A stretch of DNA of 64,000 nt from an uncultured Bacilli bacterium (GCA_934098665.1 CAKOOO010000001.1:106752-170751), one strand, 5' to 3'; counted from the first letter of the stretch, positions 1 through 10,159 are shown. Notes: generated by a model from the sequence alone, not told the origin. Program-made: numbers and translations.

Positions 1-157
1 GATAATACATTAAATCCTTTCCAAGTTCACTTTCACCATATTTCTTTTCTTCAAAAATGTAAGGAACATCTATAGTTTTAGCTTTAACCTTCATAGTTAA
101 ACTTGTTAAAAAAATAGACAGTGCAAGACTTCCTGCAACAATGTTTTTTTGTTTCAT
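1..157 (-). CDS. N-terminal fragment of a secreted protein (signal peptide MKQKNIVAGSLALSIFLTSL...) that runs off the window start
   Basis: The reverse complement of 1-157 begins ATG AAA CAA AAA AAC ATT GTT GCA..., preceded by an AGGAGG RBS (plus-strand cctcct at about 163-168). The N-terminus is hydrophobic. Confidence 0.4.
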   Translation of the reverse strand, partial: MKQKNIVAGSLALSIFLTSLTMKVKAKTIDVPYIFEEKKYGESELGKDLMYY

Positions 158-224
158 TATTCCTCCTAATTTTAATTTATCAAAAAATTAAGTACTTGTA
201 AATAAAAAAATGCAAATATAACTG

Positions 225-728
225 TTAACAGCTTATTTGCACTACATTATAAGAAAAAGTTATAGGGCTAAATGTTAAATGATTTTGGTCTAATTTATTA
301 ATATAAAATTTAGTTACAATTTCATAATCTTTACTTTCATTTTCTTTTATTACAAAATCTATTAAATCAATAACATCACCTTTTTTAAAGGAAGGTATTT
401 CTTTTTCTACACCATTAAACAAAAAAGTTAACTCTTTATTTTGATTATCTACACCTATTGTTTTTTCATAATCTTCATTGCCTATTAAAACAAGCTTTAA
501 ACATTTTTTACTATCACCAACATAGCTTACATGCATGTTTGTTTTAAGACTCGTTACTTTTTCTTTATAATCAATATTTTTACTAATAACATTATCTTCA
601 TAATTTACAATTAAATAAGAATTATTTTCTTTTTGATTATAGTTTACTTTATTAATTTTTGTATAAGCTAAAACTGCAGTTATAAAAAAGAAAATCATAC
701 TTACACAAGAAATAAATATTTGTTTCAT
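225..728 (-). CDS. hypothetical N-terminally anchored protein
   Basis: ORF track 225..737. The start was moved to the MKQIFISCVSMIFFF Met so it no longer overlaps fpg. It has a single N-terminal TM/signal anchor. Confidence 0.45.
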   Translation of the reverse strand: MKQIFISCVSMIFFFITAVLAYTKINKVNYNQKENNSYLIVNYEDNVISKNIDYKEKVTSLKTNMHVSYVGDSKKCLKLVLIGNEDYEKTIGVDNQNKELTFLFNGVEKEIPSFKKGDVIDLIDFVIKENESKDYEIVTKFYINKLDQNHLTFSPITFSYNVVQISC

Positions 729-1525
729 TTTTGACACTCTTTACAATAATATGTACTTCTTCCATCTATTTTAGTTTTAATTATCTTATTATTACAATTT
801 TTACAAATATTTTTTTTATGCACAAGTAAATAATTTTGATAACTACCTATATGATTTAATGAAAAAGTATAACTTTTTATAGTGGTTCCATTATGTTTAA
901 TTGAATTATTTAATATTTCTTTCGATGAAGATAATATTAATTTCACATCATTTATAGTAATATCTTTGCCTTTTTTAAATGGGCTAATTTTGGCTTTATA
1001 TAAAATTTCATCAGCATAAATATTACCTATTCCCGAAATAATATCTTGTGAAAGAAGAAGTGTTTTAATCATTTTATTTGATTTATTAAATTTATTTAAT
1101 ACATAATCTTCCTTTATATCACTATTTGCATCAGGACCAACATTTTTAAAATAAGTATCAAGTTCATCTTTATTAATTAATTTCATTCTACCAAATTTAC
1201 GAGTATCATTATATCTTAAAGTAAATGATGGAAAAGTAAATATAACATGTTCATGTTTTTCTATTTTGTCATTTATATTTTTTATATTAAATTTACCTTC
1301 CATACGTAAATGAGAAATTAAATAATTTTGATTAGTTTCAAATATTAAGTATTTTCCCCTTCTTTTTATATTAATAAAATAGTTATTAATTAGACTATTT
1401 TTAAATTGTTCTATATCATTTTCGATCATTTTTGGATATAAAATTTGAATATCTATTATCTTTTGATTTAATATATTTTCCTTTAAATATTTTCTTACAG
1501 TTTCAACCTCTGGAAGTTCTGGCAT
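725..1525 (-). CDS. fpg: formamidopyrimidine-DNA glycosylase (Fpg/MutM)
   Basis: The N-terminus is MPELPEVE (catalytic Pro2/Glu3). The C-terminus has a zinc finger C-x2-C...C-x2-C (CKNCNNKI...YYCKECQ). Confidence 0.9.
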   Translation of the reverse strand: MPELPEVETVRKYLKENILNQKIIDIQILYPKMIENDIEQFKNSLINNYFINIKRRGKYLIFETNQNYLISHLRMEGKFNIKNINDKIEKHEHVIFTFPSFTLRYNDTRKFGRMKLINKDELDTYFKNVGPDANSDIKEDYVLNKFNKSNKMIKTLLLSQDIISGIGNIYADEILYKAKISPFKKGKDITINDVKLILSSSKEILNNSIKHNGTTIKSYTFSLNHIGSYQNYLLVHKKNICKNCNNKIIKTKIDGRSTYYCKECQK

Positions 1526-1534
1526 ATATCCTCC

Positions 1535-4081
1535 TTATTTTAATTCATACCAATTTTTACCGGTATCAGTGCTTACCTTAAGTGGTACAGCAAGTTTAAC
1601 TATATTTTCCATTTCATATTTTGCAAGTTTAATTATTTTATCAAGTTCTTCATTTTTTACATCAAATATAAGCTCATCATGGATTTGTAAAACGAGTTTA
1701 CTTTGTAAATTTTCTTTTTCTAAAATCTCATCTATTTTAATCATTGCCATTTTTATAATGTCTGCGCTAGTTCCTTGAATTGGTGTATTAATAGCCATTC
1801 TTTCACCAGCTTTTCTAACCATAAAATTAGCATCATTTATTTCACTAATTACCCTTTTTCTTCCATAGTTTGTATATACAAAACCATTTTCTTTTGCATA
1901 CTTTATCATACTATCCATATATGTTTTAACCTCAGGATAAAGTTTATAATATTTTTCTATAAACTCATCAGCTTCTTTTTTAGATATATGAAGATTTTCT
2001 CCAAGGCCAAATCCACTTATACCATAAACAATTCCAAATATAACAGCTTTCGCAGAACTTCTTTCTTTTTTTGTAACATCTTTTATATCTTTACCATGTA
2101 TATCGGCAGCTACTTTTGTATGAATATCTCCATTGTGCATAAATGTATCTATCATAGGTTTACAAGAAGCCACAGAGGCTAAAATACGTAGTTCAATTTG
2201 AGAATAATCTAAACTTAAAAAAATGTCATTACTTGGTAAAAATGCTTTTCTAATTTGTTTTCCTTCCTCGGTTTTTACTGGAATATTCTGAAGGTTTGGA
2301 TGAACGGATGAAAGTCTTCCTGTTCTAGCAACAGTTTGTTTAAAAATAGTATGGATTTTATTATCAGTGCTAATATATTCCTTTAGACCATCAATATATG
2401 TTGATTTTAATTTAGCAAGACCGCGATACTCAAGTATTAAACTAATTATTGGATGAACATCAATAAGTTTTTCTAAAGTTGCTTCATCAGTTTTATAACT
2501 TGTTTTATTTTTTTTACCTTTACCAATCATCATTTTTTCAAATAAAATACTACTTAATTGTTTTGGTGATGAAATATTAAAATTTTCACCTGCATATTCA
2601 TATATTTTATTTGTTACTTCATTAAGTCTTATATCAATATTCTCCTTTTCTTTATTAAGTATTTCTTTAGAAACTTTCATCCCATTTTTTTCCATTTTAA
2701 GAAGTACTTTTGATAATGGAAGCTCTATATTATTATAAATATCATTTTGCTTATTTTCCTTAAGTTCAGATAATATATCATTTTCTTTTTCATACATAAA
2801 TTTTACTTTTAATAATTCATTTTGAATAAAATCTTCTTCGCCCATTTTAAGTAAACTACTAAATGAAGCTATTTCATATCCATATTTTATAGATATAAAA
2901 GAAATATCGTCTTTTACATTTAAGCCATTTAAATAACAAACTAATATATAATCAGTTGTAACATCAAGATCTTGATTTAATAAATATGCATCTTTTTTAC
3001 TATCATATGAAATAACTTTTTTATTAGATAAATTTAAATATTTAAGATTATCTTTTGAAAAATAGTAAAAACGCTTTCCATCATAAATTGATGCACATAA
3101 AATATTTGCATTTGGATAATCATCACTATCACACTCTACATATAATGCTACTTTATCATTTGTTATAACATTTATATTTTCATCTGCGTTTATATAAGAT
3201 ATTTTTTCTTTTTCTTTTAAAGTATTTAGTCCATTTAAAAGTGAAGTAAACTCAAGTTCTTTGTAAATATCGAATAAAAGAGGTTCATTAATACCTTCAT
3301 ATTTTAAATCATTTAAAGTAATATCAAGTGGTACATCTTTATATATTGTAGCAAGTTTTTTAGACATAAAGGCATCATCTTTAAAGGTAACAAGTTTATC
3401 ATGAACACTTCCCTTAATTTCATCAATATTATCATAAACGTTTTCAAGTGTAGAGTATTTTTCTAAAAGTTTTAAAGCACCTTTTTCCCCAATACCCTTT
3501 ACACCAGGAATATTATCAGAACTATCTCCCATTAATGATTTTAAATCTATCATATTTATAGGTTTAATTTTATAGTCATTTATAAAAGTTTTTTCATTAT
3601 AACGTATATAACCAGTTTGTTTTAAAAGTTTAACATCTGTTTCAAAATTTATAAGTTGAAGTAAATCTTTATCTGATGAAATGATTGTCGCATCAAAATC
3701 TTTATCTTCTTCACACATTTTAACAAGTGTTCCAATTATATCATCTGCTTCATAAGGCTCAAGTTCTAAATATTTTATGCCCATAGCACTCAGTATTTTT
3801 CTAGCATAAGGCATTTGCATTTTTAGTTCATCTGGTGTATTTTGCCTTCCCTCTTTATAAAAAGAATATTCCTTTTTACGAAAGTTTTTACCTATATCAA
3901 AAGCTACGGCAATATAACTTGGATCTTCCTCTTTAATAATTTTATTTATCATATTTGCAAAAGAAAAAAGTGCATTTGTTGGAAGTCCCTTACTATTTTT
4001 CATATTTGCACCACTATAAAAAGTTGCATAATAACTACGAAACATTAAATTATTTCCATCAATTAAAATTATTTTTTTCAT
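1535..4081 (-). CDS. polA: DNA polymerase I
   Basis: 848 aa. It has a 5'-3' exonuclease N-terminus (LIDGNNLMFRSYYA), polymerase motif A (DYSQIELRILA), motif B (RRSAKAVIFGIVYG) and motif C (QIHDELIFD). Confidence 0.95.
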   Translation of the reverse strand: MKKIILIDGNNLMFRSYYATFYSGANMKNSKGLPTNALFSFANMINKIIKEEDPSYIAVAFDIGKNFRKKEYSFYKEGRQNTPDELKMQMPYARKILSAMGIKYLELEPYEADDIIGTLVKMCEEDKDFDATIISSDKDLLQLINFETDVKLLKQTGYIRYNEKTFINDYKIKPINMIDLKSLMGDSSDNIPGVKGIGEKGALKLLEKYSTLENVYDNIDEIKGSVHDKLVTFKDDAFMSKKLATIYKDVPLDITLNDLKYEGINEPLLFDIYKELEFTSLLNGLNTLKEKEKISYINADENINVITNDKVALYVECDSDDYPNANILCASIYDGKRFYYFSKDNLKYLNLSNKKVISYDSKKDAYLLNQDLDVTTDYILVCYLNGLNVKDDISFISIKYGYEIASFSSLLKMGEEDFIQNELLKVKFMYEKENDILSELKENKQNDIYNNIELPLSKVLLKMEKNGMKVSKEILNKEKENIDIRLNEVTNKIYEYAGENFNISSPKQLSSILFEKMMIGKGKKNKTSYKTDEATLEKLIDVHPIISLILEYRGLAKLKSTYIDGLKEYISTDNKIHTIFKQTVARTGRLSSVHPNLQNIPVKTEEGKQIRKAFLPSNDIFLSLDYSQIELRILASVASCKPMIDTFMHNGDIHTKVAADIHGKDIKDVTKKERSSAKAVIFGIVYGISGFGLGENLHISKKEADEFIEKYYKLYPEVKTYMDSMIKYAKENGFVYTNYGRKRVISEINDANFMVRKAGERMAINTPIQGTSADIIKMAMIKIDEILEKENLQSKLVLQIHDELIFDVKNEELDKIIKLAKYEMENIVKLAVPLKVSTDTGKNWYELK

Positions 4082-4092
4082 AAACTATCCTT

Positions 4093-4605
4093 TCATCTAT
4101 TTAAAGAAGTATCATTTGTAAAATCTTTAGTACTTACATAAATTGGATCTAAAAGTGGATTATATCTATTTTCTTCATGATAACCAAAATTATTTATATA
4201 ACTACTATCTATTATAATCATTAAAGTTGTATCTATAACTTTTCCCTCATTTAATATCCAAGTATGTCTTCCATCAATTGAGTTTACTGTACCTATTAAA
4301 AAGTCCACTGTTCCACCGCATATATATGGGCTATCAAAACTATAACTAACTTGTTTTGCACAAACTGTGCAGTATCCTAAATTAGCGCCATCTTTTAAAA
4401 CCTCTAAAAAAGAGTTTACTCCCCTTGAACGTATATTTTGGCTATCTAATTTATCAAAAAGTTCATCTGAATACCCACTTACTTTACCTAAAGAAATACC
4501 ATCATCAAGTACTTTTTTAAAGGAAGGATTTTCATTATATAATTTTTTTAATAAATCATAACACTTATAATCTTTGTAATTTTCATTTATAACATAATCT
4601 AGCAT
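4093..4605 (-). CDS. hypothetical cytoplasmic protein, possibly a papain-like/C39_2-like cysteine peptidase fold
   Basis: GYCTVCA...GRHTWILNEGKVID resembles the Cys...His arrangement of C39-like peptidase domains. There is no signal peptide. It is the first gene of the island downstream of polA. Confidence 0.35.
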   Translation of the reverse strand: MLDYVINENYKDYKCYDLLKKLYNENPSFKKVLDDGISLGKVSGYSDELFDKLDSQNIRSRGVNSFLEVLKDGANLGYCTVCAKQVSYSFDSPYICGGTVDFLIGTVNSIDGRHTWILNEGKVIDTTLMIIIDSSYINNFGYHEENRYNPLLDPIYVSTKDFTNDTSLNR

Positions 4606-4647
4606 ATATACCTCATATAATTATTTTATCATGAAAATACTATAATG

Positions 4648-5505
4648 TTAATTTAAATTTTTAGTTATTTCAGCAAAAAATTCTTTATTCCATAAATCTA
4701 AACTTTGATTATTTTTAATAAAAGGTATAACATCTTTTTTTGCTTCTTCATAATCTATTTCATTAAATTTTTTTATAAGCATATCCTTTAAAATATTAAT
4801 ATCAAATTGCTCATCTTCCTTAATAAAATTTGATGCTATTAACTTATTTTTTAATAAAGTAATATTAATTTTTACATTATTTGCTAAAAAGAACACATAA
4901 TCGTATAAATCTCTTCCTTTAACCCTAGAGTGGTAATTCCGACATAATATTGCATGCACTTTTCCCGCGAATAAAGATGATGCATCATAAAGATTTACTT
5001 GATGAGGTGAAGGAAGAAGTTTATATTTCATTTCATAGTTTGCCCCAATTGGGGGATTAATATCTACTTCAAATTTTATTTTAATATCTTTTAATAACTT
5101 ATTATACTGATTATCTTCTTTAGGGAAAAAACGTAAGATGTGTTCAAGCGTATTTCCTTTTAAAAAAGCCGATGCAATATTAGACTCAAAATTTTTTTCT
5201 TTTTTAGATATTTTTAAATTAATGCCATATGAATTTAACTCACTTTCAACAAAACTAAAATATTTACTTAAATCAAAATTTTTGTTTGGAGATATTAAAG
5301 CAAAATCTAAATCTTCCGAAAATCTATCTAAATTATAAAATATTCTTAATGCTGTTCCACCATAAAAAGCAGCGTTATTAAAAAAGTCACTTCTTGATAG
5401 TCCACTTAATACAACTTCTTGAATAATTTCTTTTAAAGCATTTATTTCATCGTTTACATTTTTTATTTCATATTTAGAAAGCATTTGATTAATAATATTA
5501 TTCAT
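4648..5505 (-). CDS. AbiEii/AbiGii-family nucleotidyltransferase toxin (type IV toxin-antitoxin)
   Basis: The motif GGTALRIFYNLDRFSEDLDFAL is typical of DUF1814/AbiEii nucleotidyltransferases. It overlaps the upstream gene by 8 nt. Confidence 0.75.
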   Translation of the reverse strand: MNNIINQMLSKYEIKNVNDEINALKEIIQEVVLSGLSRSDFFNNAAFYGGTALRIFYNLDRFSEDLDFALISPNKNFDLSKYFSFVESELNSYGINLKISKKEKNFESNIASAFLKGNTLEHILRFFPKEDNQYNKLLKDIKIKFEVDINPPIGANYEMKYKLLPSPHQVNLYDASSLFAGKVHAILCRNYHSRVKGRDLYDYVFFLANNVKINITLLKNKLIASNFIKEDEQFDINILKDMLIKKFNEIDYEEAKKDVIPFIKNNQSLDLWNKEFFAEITKNLN

Positions 5506-6136
5506 TTATATTCCTCCTTAAAAATTTTTCTAATAGAATTACATTAGTTGAGTGATATAACCTACTTAATTTTTCTATTTTATTATAATCTAATTTGTAA
5601 AATAACTCTTCATCAATTCTTAAATCATTAAATAACATACATTTTAAATTTTCTAAAGTATTTAAAGGCTTCAAAGAATATAACTTATCACATAAAGCTT
5701 TTTCTTTAGAGGCCATTATATAAGAATATTTTCCTTCATTATTTAAAAATATTTCATATGGATATGCAGATGCTGGAACATCTTCATAAGTAAATGTACC
5801 AAAATGATTACGATATATTTTTTTCTTTTTTTTATTAAATGTAGCACATGTTATTGTAGTAACTCTTTCTGGTATTAATCCATAATATGAAAGAGCGTAT
5901 TCAAAAGATATATATGATGGTCCATAAATGCTACTTGCAAGTAAATAACCGGGAGTATTTTTATCTGTTTCATATAGTCCATTAACTATTCTATATAGTT
6001 TTTTATCTCTTATCTCTCTACTTATTTTATTATTTACATTAGAATAATCCCTTAAATTATTCTTTAGCATGCCATTAGTAATTAGCATATTTTCACCTCT
6101 AAATACCATTATACGGTATTTTGTGGAGAAAATCAA
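5498..6136 (-). CDS. AbiEi-family antitoxin/transcriptional regulator
   Basis: 212 aa, located immediately upstream of and overlapping the AbiEii-like gene, which is the canonical antitoxin-then-toxin order. AbiEi_4-like C-terminal domain. Confidence 0.55.
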   Translation of the reverse strand: MIFSTKYRIMVFRGENMLITNGMLKNNLRDYSNVNNKISREIRDKKLYRIVNGLYETDKNTPGYLLASSIYGPSYISFEYALSYYGLIPERVTTITCATFNKKKKKIYRNHFGTFTYEDVPASAYPYEIFLNNEGKYSYIMASKEKALCDKLYSLKPLNTLENLKCMLFNDLRIDEELFYKLDYNKIEKLSRLYHSTNVILLEKFLRRNINE

Positions 6137-6155
6137 GTAATTAATCTTTCATAAA

Positions 6156-6214
6156 TAAAAAAAATCTATTACGCATTTTTCAAATTTTTTTGATTTTGCG
6201 TAATAGAATAAAAT
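6156..6214. repeat. copy 1 of an about 58-bp direct repeat containing a hairpin (CTATTACGCA-N21-TGCGTAATAG)
   Basis: Sequence aaaaaaatctattacgcatttttcaaatttttttgattttgcgtaatagaataaaata. A near-identical copy lies at 8205-8262. This copy acts as the terminator hairpin downstream of the AbiL-like operon. Confidence 0.8.
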
Positions 6215-6218
6215 ACTA

Positions 6219-6830
6219 TTAATTATTTAAATTATTAAATTCATCAATTGCATCTAAAATTTTATATATACTTGTATGTGGATTTGAATTTAATAAATCA
6301 CCATTATTTTTATTAATTTTTTGTTCGAGAGATTTTGCAGTATTTCTTGCATTATTTGTTAAGTCTTTAATAACTTTATACATATCCATACTTTCTTTAT
6401 AAGTACCATTTAAGTTTTGTAATTCTTTTTTTACATCTTTACTAGTTTGAAAGTTTAATCTATTAGTTCGGTAATGCATAACGTACCATATTTCAAAAGT
6501 TGGAGCTGATGATATTATTTCTATATTATTTTCGATACATTTTTGTTTTATTTCTTTTATTTCATTTATTCGACTTTTACTTAAATCTGTATCCAATACT
6601 AGAAATATTTTATAATTTTCTTCAGAAAGAATATCTTCATTATGAATATATTTTAATAAATCATCTAACATACCTTTAGGGTCAGTACTATTTCCTGTAG
6701 AAAACTGGATTCTTAAGTTTCTATTAGCAAAATTTCTAAAGTAATAATATTCCGAAGATTTTTTCCCACCCTCTGATGAAATGACAATTAAGGGTCTTTT
6801 CTTATTATGTTTTATTTGTCTTCTAGCCAT
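6219..6830 (-). CDS. RloB-like protein (AbiLii-like, TOPRIM-type partner of an OLD-like ATPase)
   Basis: The N-terminus MARRQIKHNKKRPLIVISSEGGKKSSEYYYFRNF matches the RloB signature (basic N-terminus, LIVxxEGxxTExxYF). It overlaps the upstream ATPase gene by 19 nt. Confidence 0.6.
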   Translation of the reverse strand: MARRQIKHNKKRPLIVISSEGGKKSSEYYYFRNFANRNLRIQFSTGNSTDPKGMLDDLLKYIHNEDILSEENYKIFLVLDTDLSKSRINEIKEIKQKCIENNIEIISSAPTFEIWYVMHYRTNRLNFQTSKDVKKELQNLNGTYKESMDMYKVIKDLTNNARNTAKSLEQKINKNNGDLLNSNPHTSIYKILDAIDEFNNLNN

Positions 6831-8068
6831 AGGTCAGTATCTTTTATAAATGGAATTGCTCCGTATCTTCCATTTACATATCCTTTTTGAATATTTTCAT
6901 CTTTTCTTACAGAAAATGAATCAAGTGGATATAAATCTGATATTCCATTTTCAGGATTTTTCTCTGTAAACCAAATTTGATCTCTTCTTAACAATTCCAA
7001 ATTTAATAAATTAATAGCATGAGTTGTAAATATTAACTGACTATTAGCCTTATTTATTTCATTATTATTAAATAATTTAACTATAAATTCTACTAAAGCA
7101 GGATGTAAGCTTTTTTCTAATTCATCTACTACAATAACTTTTGACGTTTCAAACGCTTTTTTTAAAAATGGTGCAAATGCAAACAGTACTTTTGTTCCTG
7201 ATGACTCTTCAATAAAATTTAATTTATATGTATGAGTTACATTTTTATCATCTATAACTTCATGTTCCAGTTCTATATTAAAATTTTTAACTTTTAACTT
7301 TCCTTTTTGATTATCTATTTGTAATGCTAATAAATTATCCACTTCTTTTTCTTCATAATCAACATTAATGTCTTTTATTAAAATATCTGCTTCCTTTAAT
7401 AATTTTAATGCAAATTCTTTTAAATTTTCTTCTTTATTACTATAATCCACTAAATCTTTATCAGCAATACTTTCAAAAGAATCATAGGTATCAATTATAT
7501 TAGCAAACCATAAATAAGCATCTTTTGTTTTGGAATAATTCCAAGTTGTAGCTGTAGATAAAAATAATTTATTTTCAGTATTATTTGTTGATAACGACTC
7601 CAATTTATTTTTATCTATATTAAATTCATAATTATTTGTTTTAGTTCTTTTAAAAATATTAGTAGGTTTTTGGCTATAATAAGCATCTAATACTTCGTCA
7701 TAAATTTTATTTGCATCAGCACTAAAAAAATACCTATACTTAATATTATTTGCTATAAATATAAATTCAAACTCACTTGGTTTATTTTTACTAACTTCAT
7801 CAAATAAGAAAGGTTTTATAAAATTCCATTTACCACCCACGGGTATCAAATTTGAATTTCTAACCATTAATATTGCACAAGTTAGAGCTTTTAATATATT
7901 AGATTTTCCTGAAGCGTTTGCGCCATATATTGCAGCACTTTTAAGTAAAGAAATATTTTCATTAGATATTACATTATCTAAATTTTCTTCTCCACTACCC
8001 TTTTCCATAGATAATGTTACTTTATTTTTAAAAGATAAAAAATTTTTTATACTAAATTCTATAAGCAT
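6812..8068 (-). CDS. AAA-family ATPase (AbiLi-like/OLD-like ABC ATPase)
   Basis: The N-terminus MLIEFSIKNFLSFKNKVTLSM is followed by a Walker A (GANASGKSNILKAL). Walker B/D-loop is VVDELEKSLHP. H-loop is FTTHA. This is the typical partner of RloB. Confidence 0.7.
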   Translation of the reverse strand: MLIEFSIKNFLSFKNKVTLSMEKGSGEENLDNVISNENISLLKSAAIYGANASGKSNILKALTCAILMVRNSNLIPVGGKWNFIKPFLFDEVSKNKPSEFEFIFIANNIKYRYFFSADANKIYDEVLDAYYSQKPTNIFKRTKTNNYEFNIDKNKLESLSTNNTENKLFLSTATTWNYSKTKDAYLWFANIIDTYDSFESIADKDLVDYSNKEENLKEFALKLLKEADILIKDINVDYEEKEVDNLLALQIDNQKGKLKVKNFNIELEHEVIDDKNVTHTYKLNFIEESSGTKVLFAFAPFLKKAFETSKVIVVDELEKSLHPALVEFIVKLFNNNEINKANSQLIFTTHAINLLNLELLRRDQIWFTEKNPENGISDLYPLDSFSVRKDENIQKGYVNGRYGAIPFIKDTDLWLEDK

Positions 8069-8204
8069 TTTTATCTCCTCCCATAAATATTATATATTAA
8101 AATTATTAAAAAGTATACTTATTTTTATTATTTTTGTGATTTTTTTACAAATTTATTAGAAATATTTTAATATTTACAATTATTTTTTAAAATTTAAATT
8201 ATTA

Positions 8205-8262
8205 AATAAAAAAATCTATTACGCATTTTTCAATTTTTTTTGATTTTGCGTAATAGAATAAT
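8205..8262. repeat. copy 2 of the about 58-bp hairpin-containing direct repeat
   Basis: Sequence aaaaaaatctattacgcatttttcaattttttttgattttgcgtaatagaataatat. It lies immediately downstream of tsf (minus strand) and looks like the tsf Rho-independent terminator. Confidence 0.8.
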
Positions 8263-8325
8263 ATATTATTTATTATTTTAAAAAATATATATACCCATGT
8301 TTGTTAAAACATGAGTATAAATTAA

Positions 8326-9198
8326 TTATTTAATTTGATTCATTACTTCTTCAGCAAAGTTATCATTTCTTTTTTCTAATCCTTCGCCAACTTCATAACG
8401 AACCATAGAAATGATTTCTCCACCATTATTTTTAACATAATCATTTACAGATATGTCGCCATTTTTAATAAATGGTTGTTCAGCAAGACAAATTTCTTTA
8501 TAATATTTTTTAATTCTTCCTTCTACCATTTTTTCAGCAATATCAGCAGGTTTTCCTTCATTAATTGCTAAATTTCTTTGAACTTCTCTTTCTGCATCTA
8601 AAACATCAGCAGGTACCTGGCTTGTAAAAACATAAAGTGGTTTCATAGCGGCAGACTGCATTGCTACATCTTTTGCTACATCTTCACTTGCACCTTTTAC
8701 TACAGTTAATACTGATATTTTACCACCCATATGGATGTATGCACCAAAATGTTCATCATCATTTTTAGTAATTTTTTCAAATCTTCTTAAAGAAAGTTTT
8801 TCACCAATTTTAGCTGTTTTTGCAACAATTAAATCATTTAATGTTTCACCAGCATATGGTAAGTTTTTTGCTTCCTCTAAAGTAGTAGCATTACCTTCTA
8901 AAATAGTTTTTCCTAAAGCATCAACAAATTCTTTAAATTCATCATTATTACTTACAAAGTCAGTTTCACTATTTACTTCGATAATAACAGCTTTATTACC
9001 ATTTACATAAATATTTGATAAACCTTCAGCAGCAATTCTACCTTCTTTTTTAGCAGATTTTGCAATACCTTTTTCTCTTAAATAATTAATTGCTTTATCT
9101 TTATCACCATCGCACTCAGATAGAGCTTTTTTACAGTCCATCATTCCTGCACCAGTAATTTCTCTTAATTCTTTTACTAAACTAGCAGTAATTTCCAT
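8326..9198 (-). CDS. tsf: elongation factor Ts
   Basis: The N-terminus MEITASLVKELREITGAGMMDCKKAL is the canonical EF-Ts start. 290 aa. Confidence 0.95.
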   Translation of the reverse strand: MEITASLVKELREITGAGMMDCKKALSECDGDKDKAINYLREKGIAKSAKKEGRIAAEGLSNIYVNGNKAVIIEVNSETDFVSNNDEFKEFVDALGKTILEGNATTLEEAKNLPYAGETLNDLIVAKTAKIGEKLSLRRFEKITKNDDEHFGAYIHMGGKISVLTVVKGASEDVAKDVAMQSAAMKPLYVFTSQVPADVLDAEREVQRNLAINEGKPADIAEKMVEGRIKKYYKEICLAEQPFIKNGDISVNDYVKNNGGEIISMVRYEVGEGLEKRNDNFAEEVMNQIK

Positions 9199-9208
9199 TA
9201 TATCCTCC

Positions 9209-10159
9209 TTAGTTTAAAGCATTTATTAATTCTTCTTTTTTCATTGAAGAATAACCTTTAACACCTTTTTCTTTAGCAATTGCTTTTAGTTCTGCAAGTG
9301 TTTTAGAACTTAAATCATCACTTTTTTCTTCTTCGTCTTCAACGATATCATTAATTAGGTAAACATCACTTTCTTTACCTTCTTTAACTTTTTCATCGAT
9401 AACTTCATCTTTAATTAATTCTTCCATTGAAGCATTTTTCTTATTTTTGTCTTCCTCAGTTACATAATCAACTATTTCTAAATTGTTTGCTTCACAAATA
9501 GCGTTTGTAAGTACTCCAAGTAAAACTTTAATACTTCTTACAGCATCATCATTTCCAGGAATAACATAGTCAACTAAATCTGGATCTCCATTAGTGTCAA
9601 CTACACCAAATACTGGAATATGAAGTTTTCTAGCTTCTTTAATTGCATTGTATTCTTTTCTTGGATCTACAATGATTAATGCCTGTGGAAGTTTAGTCAT
9701 TTCTCTAATACCACAAAGAAGTGTATTTAATTTGTCATATTCTTTCTTAATTTTAATAACTTCTTTTTTAGGTAGTGCATCAAATGTTCCATCACTTTCC
9801 ATTTTTTCAATGTCCTCAAGTCTTTTAACTCTTCTTCTAATAGTTCTAAAGTTAGTTAAAGTTCCTCCAAGCCATCTTTCAGTTACATAGTATGAACCAC
9901 TTCTAAGTGCTTCTTCTACAGCAACTTCTCCTGATTGTTTTTTAGTTCCTACAAATAAGAACTTTCCTCCATTACTAGCAATAGTCTTAATTTCTTCATA
10001 AGCCTCCTCTAGTAATTTTTGTGTTTTTTCAAGATCAATAATATAAATATCATCTCTTGAATTAAAAATGTACTCTTTCATTTTAGGATTCCATCTTTTA
10101 GTTTGATGTCCAAAATGAACTCCTGCTTCTAATAAATAACTCATAGAAACAACGGCCAT
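9209..10159 (-). CDS. rpsB: 30S ribosomal protein S2
   Basis: The N-terminus is [19 protein letters not shown]. 316 aa with an acidic C-terminal extension. Confidence 0.95.
   Translation of the reverse strand: MAVVSMSYLLEAGVHFGHQTKRWNPKMKEYIFNSRDDIYIIDLEKTQKLLEEAYEEIKTIASNGGKFLFVGTKKQSGEVAVEEALRSGSYYVTERWLGGTLTNFRTIRRRVKRLEDIEKMESDGTFDALPKKEVIKIKKEYDKLNTLLCGIREMTKLPQALIIVDPRKEYNAIKEARKLHIPVFGVVDTNGDPDLVDYVIPGNDDAVRSIKVLLGVLTNAICEANNLEIVDYVTEEDKNKKNASMEELIKDEVIDEKVKEGKESDVYLINDIVEDEEEKSDDLSSKTLAELKAIAKEKGVKGYSSMKKEELINALN

Noticed and set aside
1569-2182. ORFs 1569..1778 (+) and 1775..2182 (+) from the ORF track, which lie inside polA
   Set aside because: They are antisense to the strongly supported polA reading frame and have low-complexity, AT-driven composition. 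They look like typical shadow ORFs.
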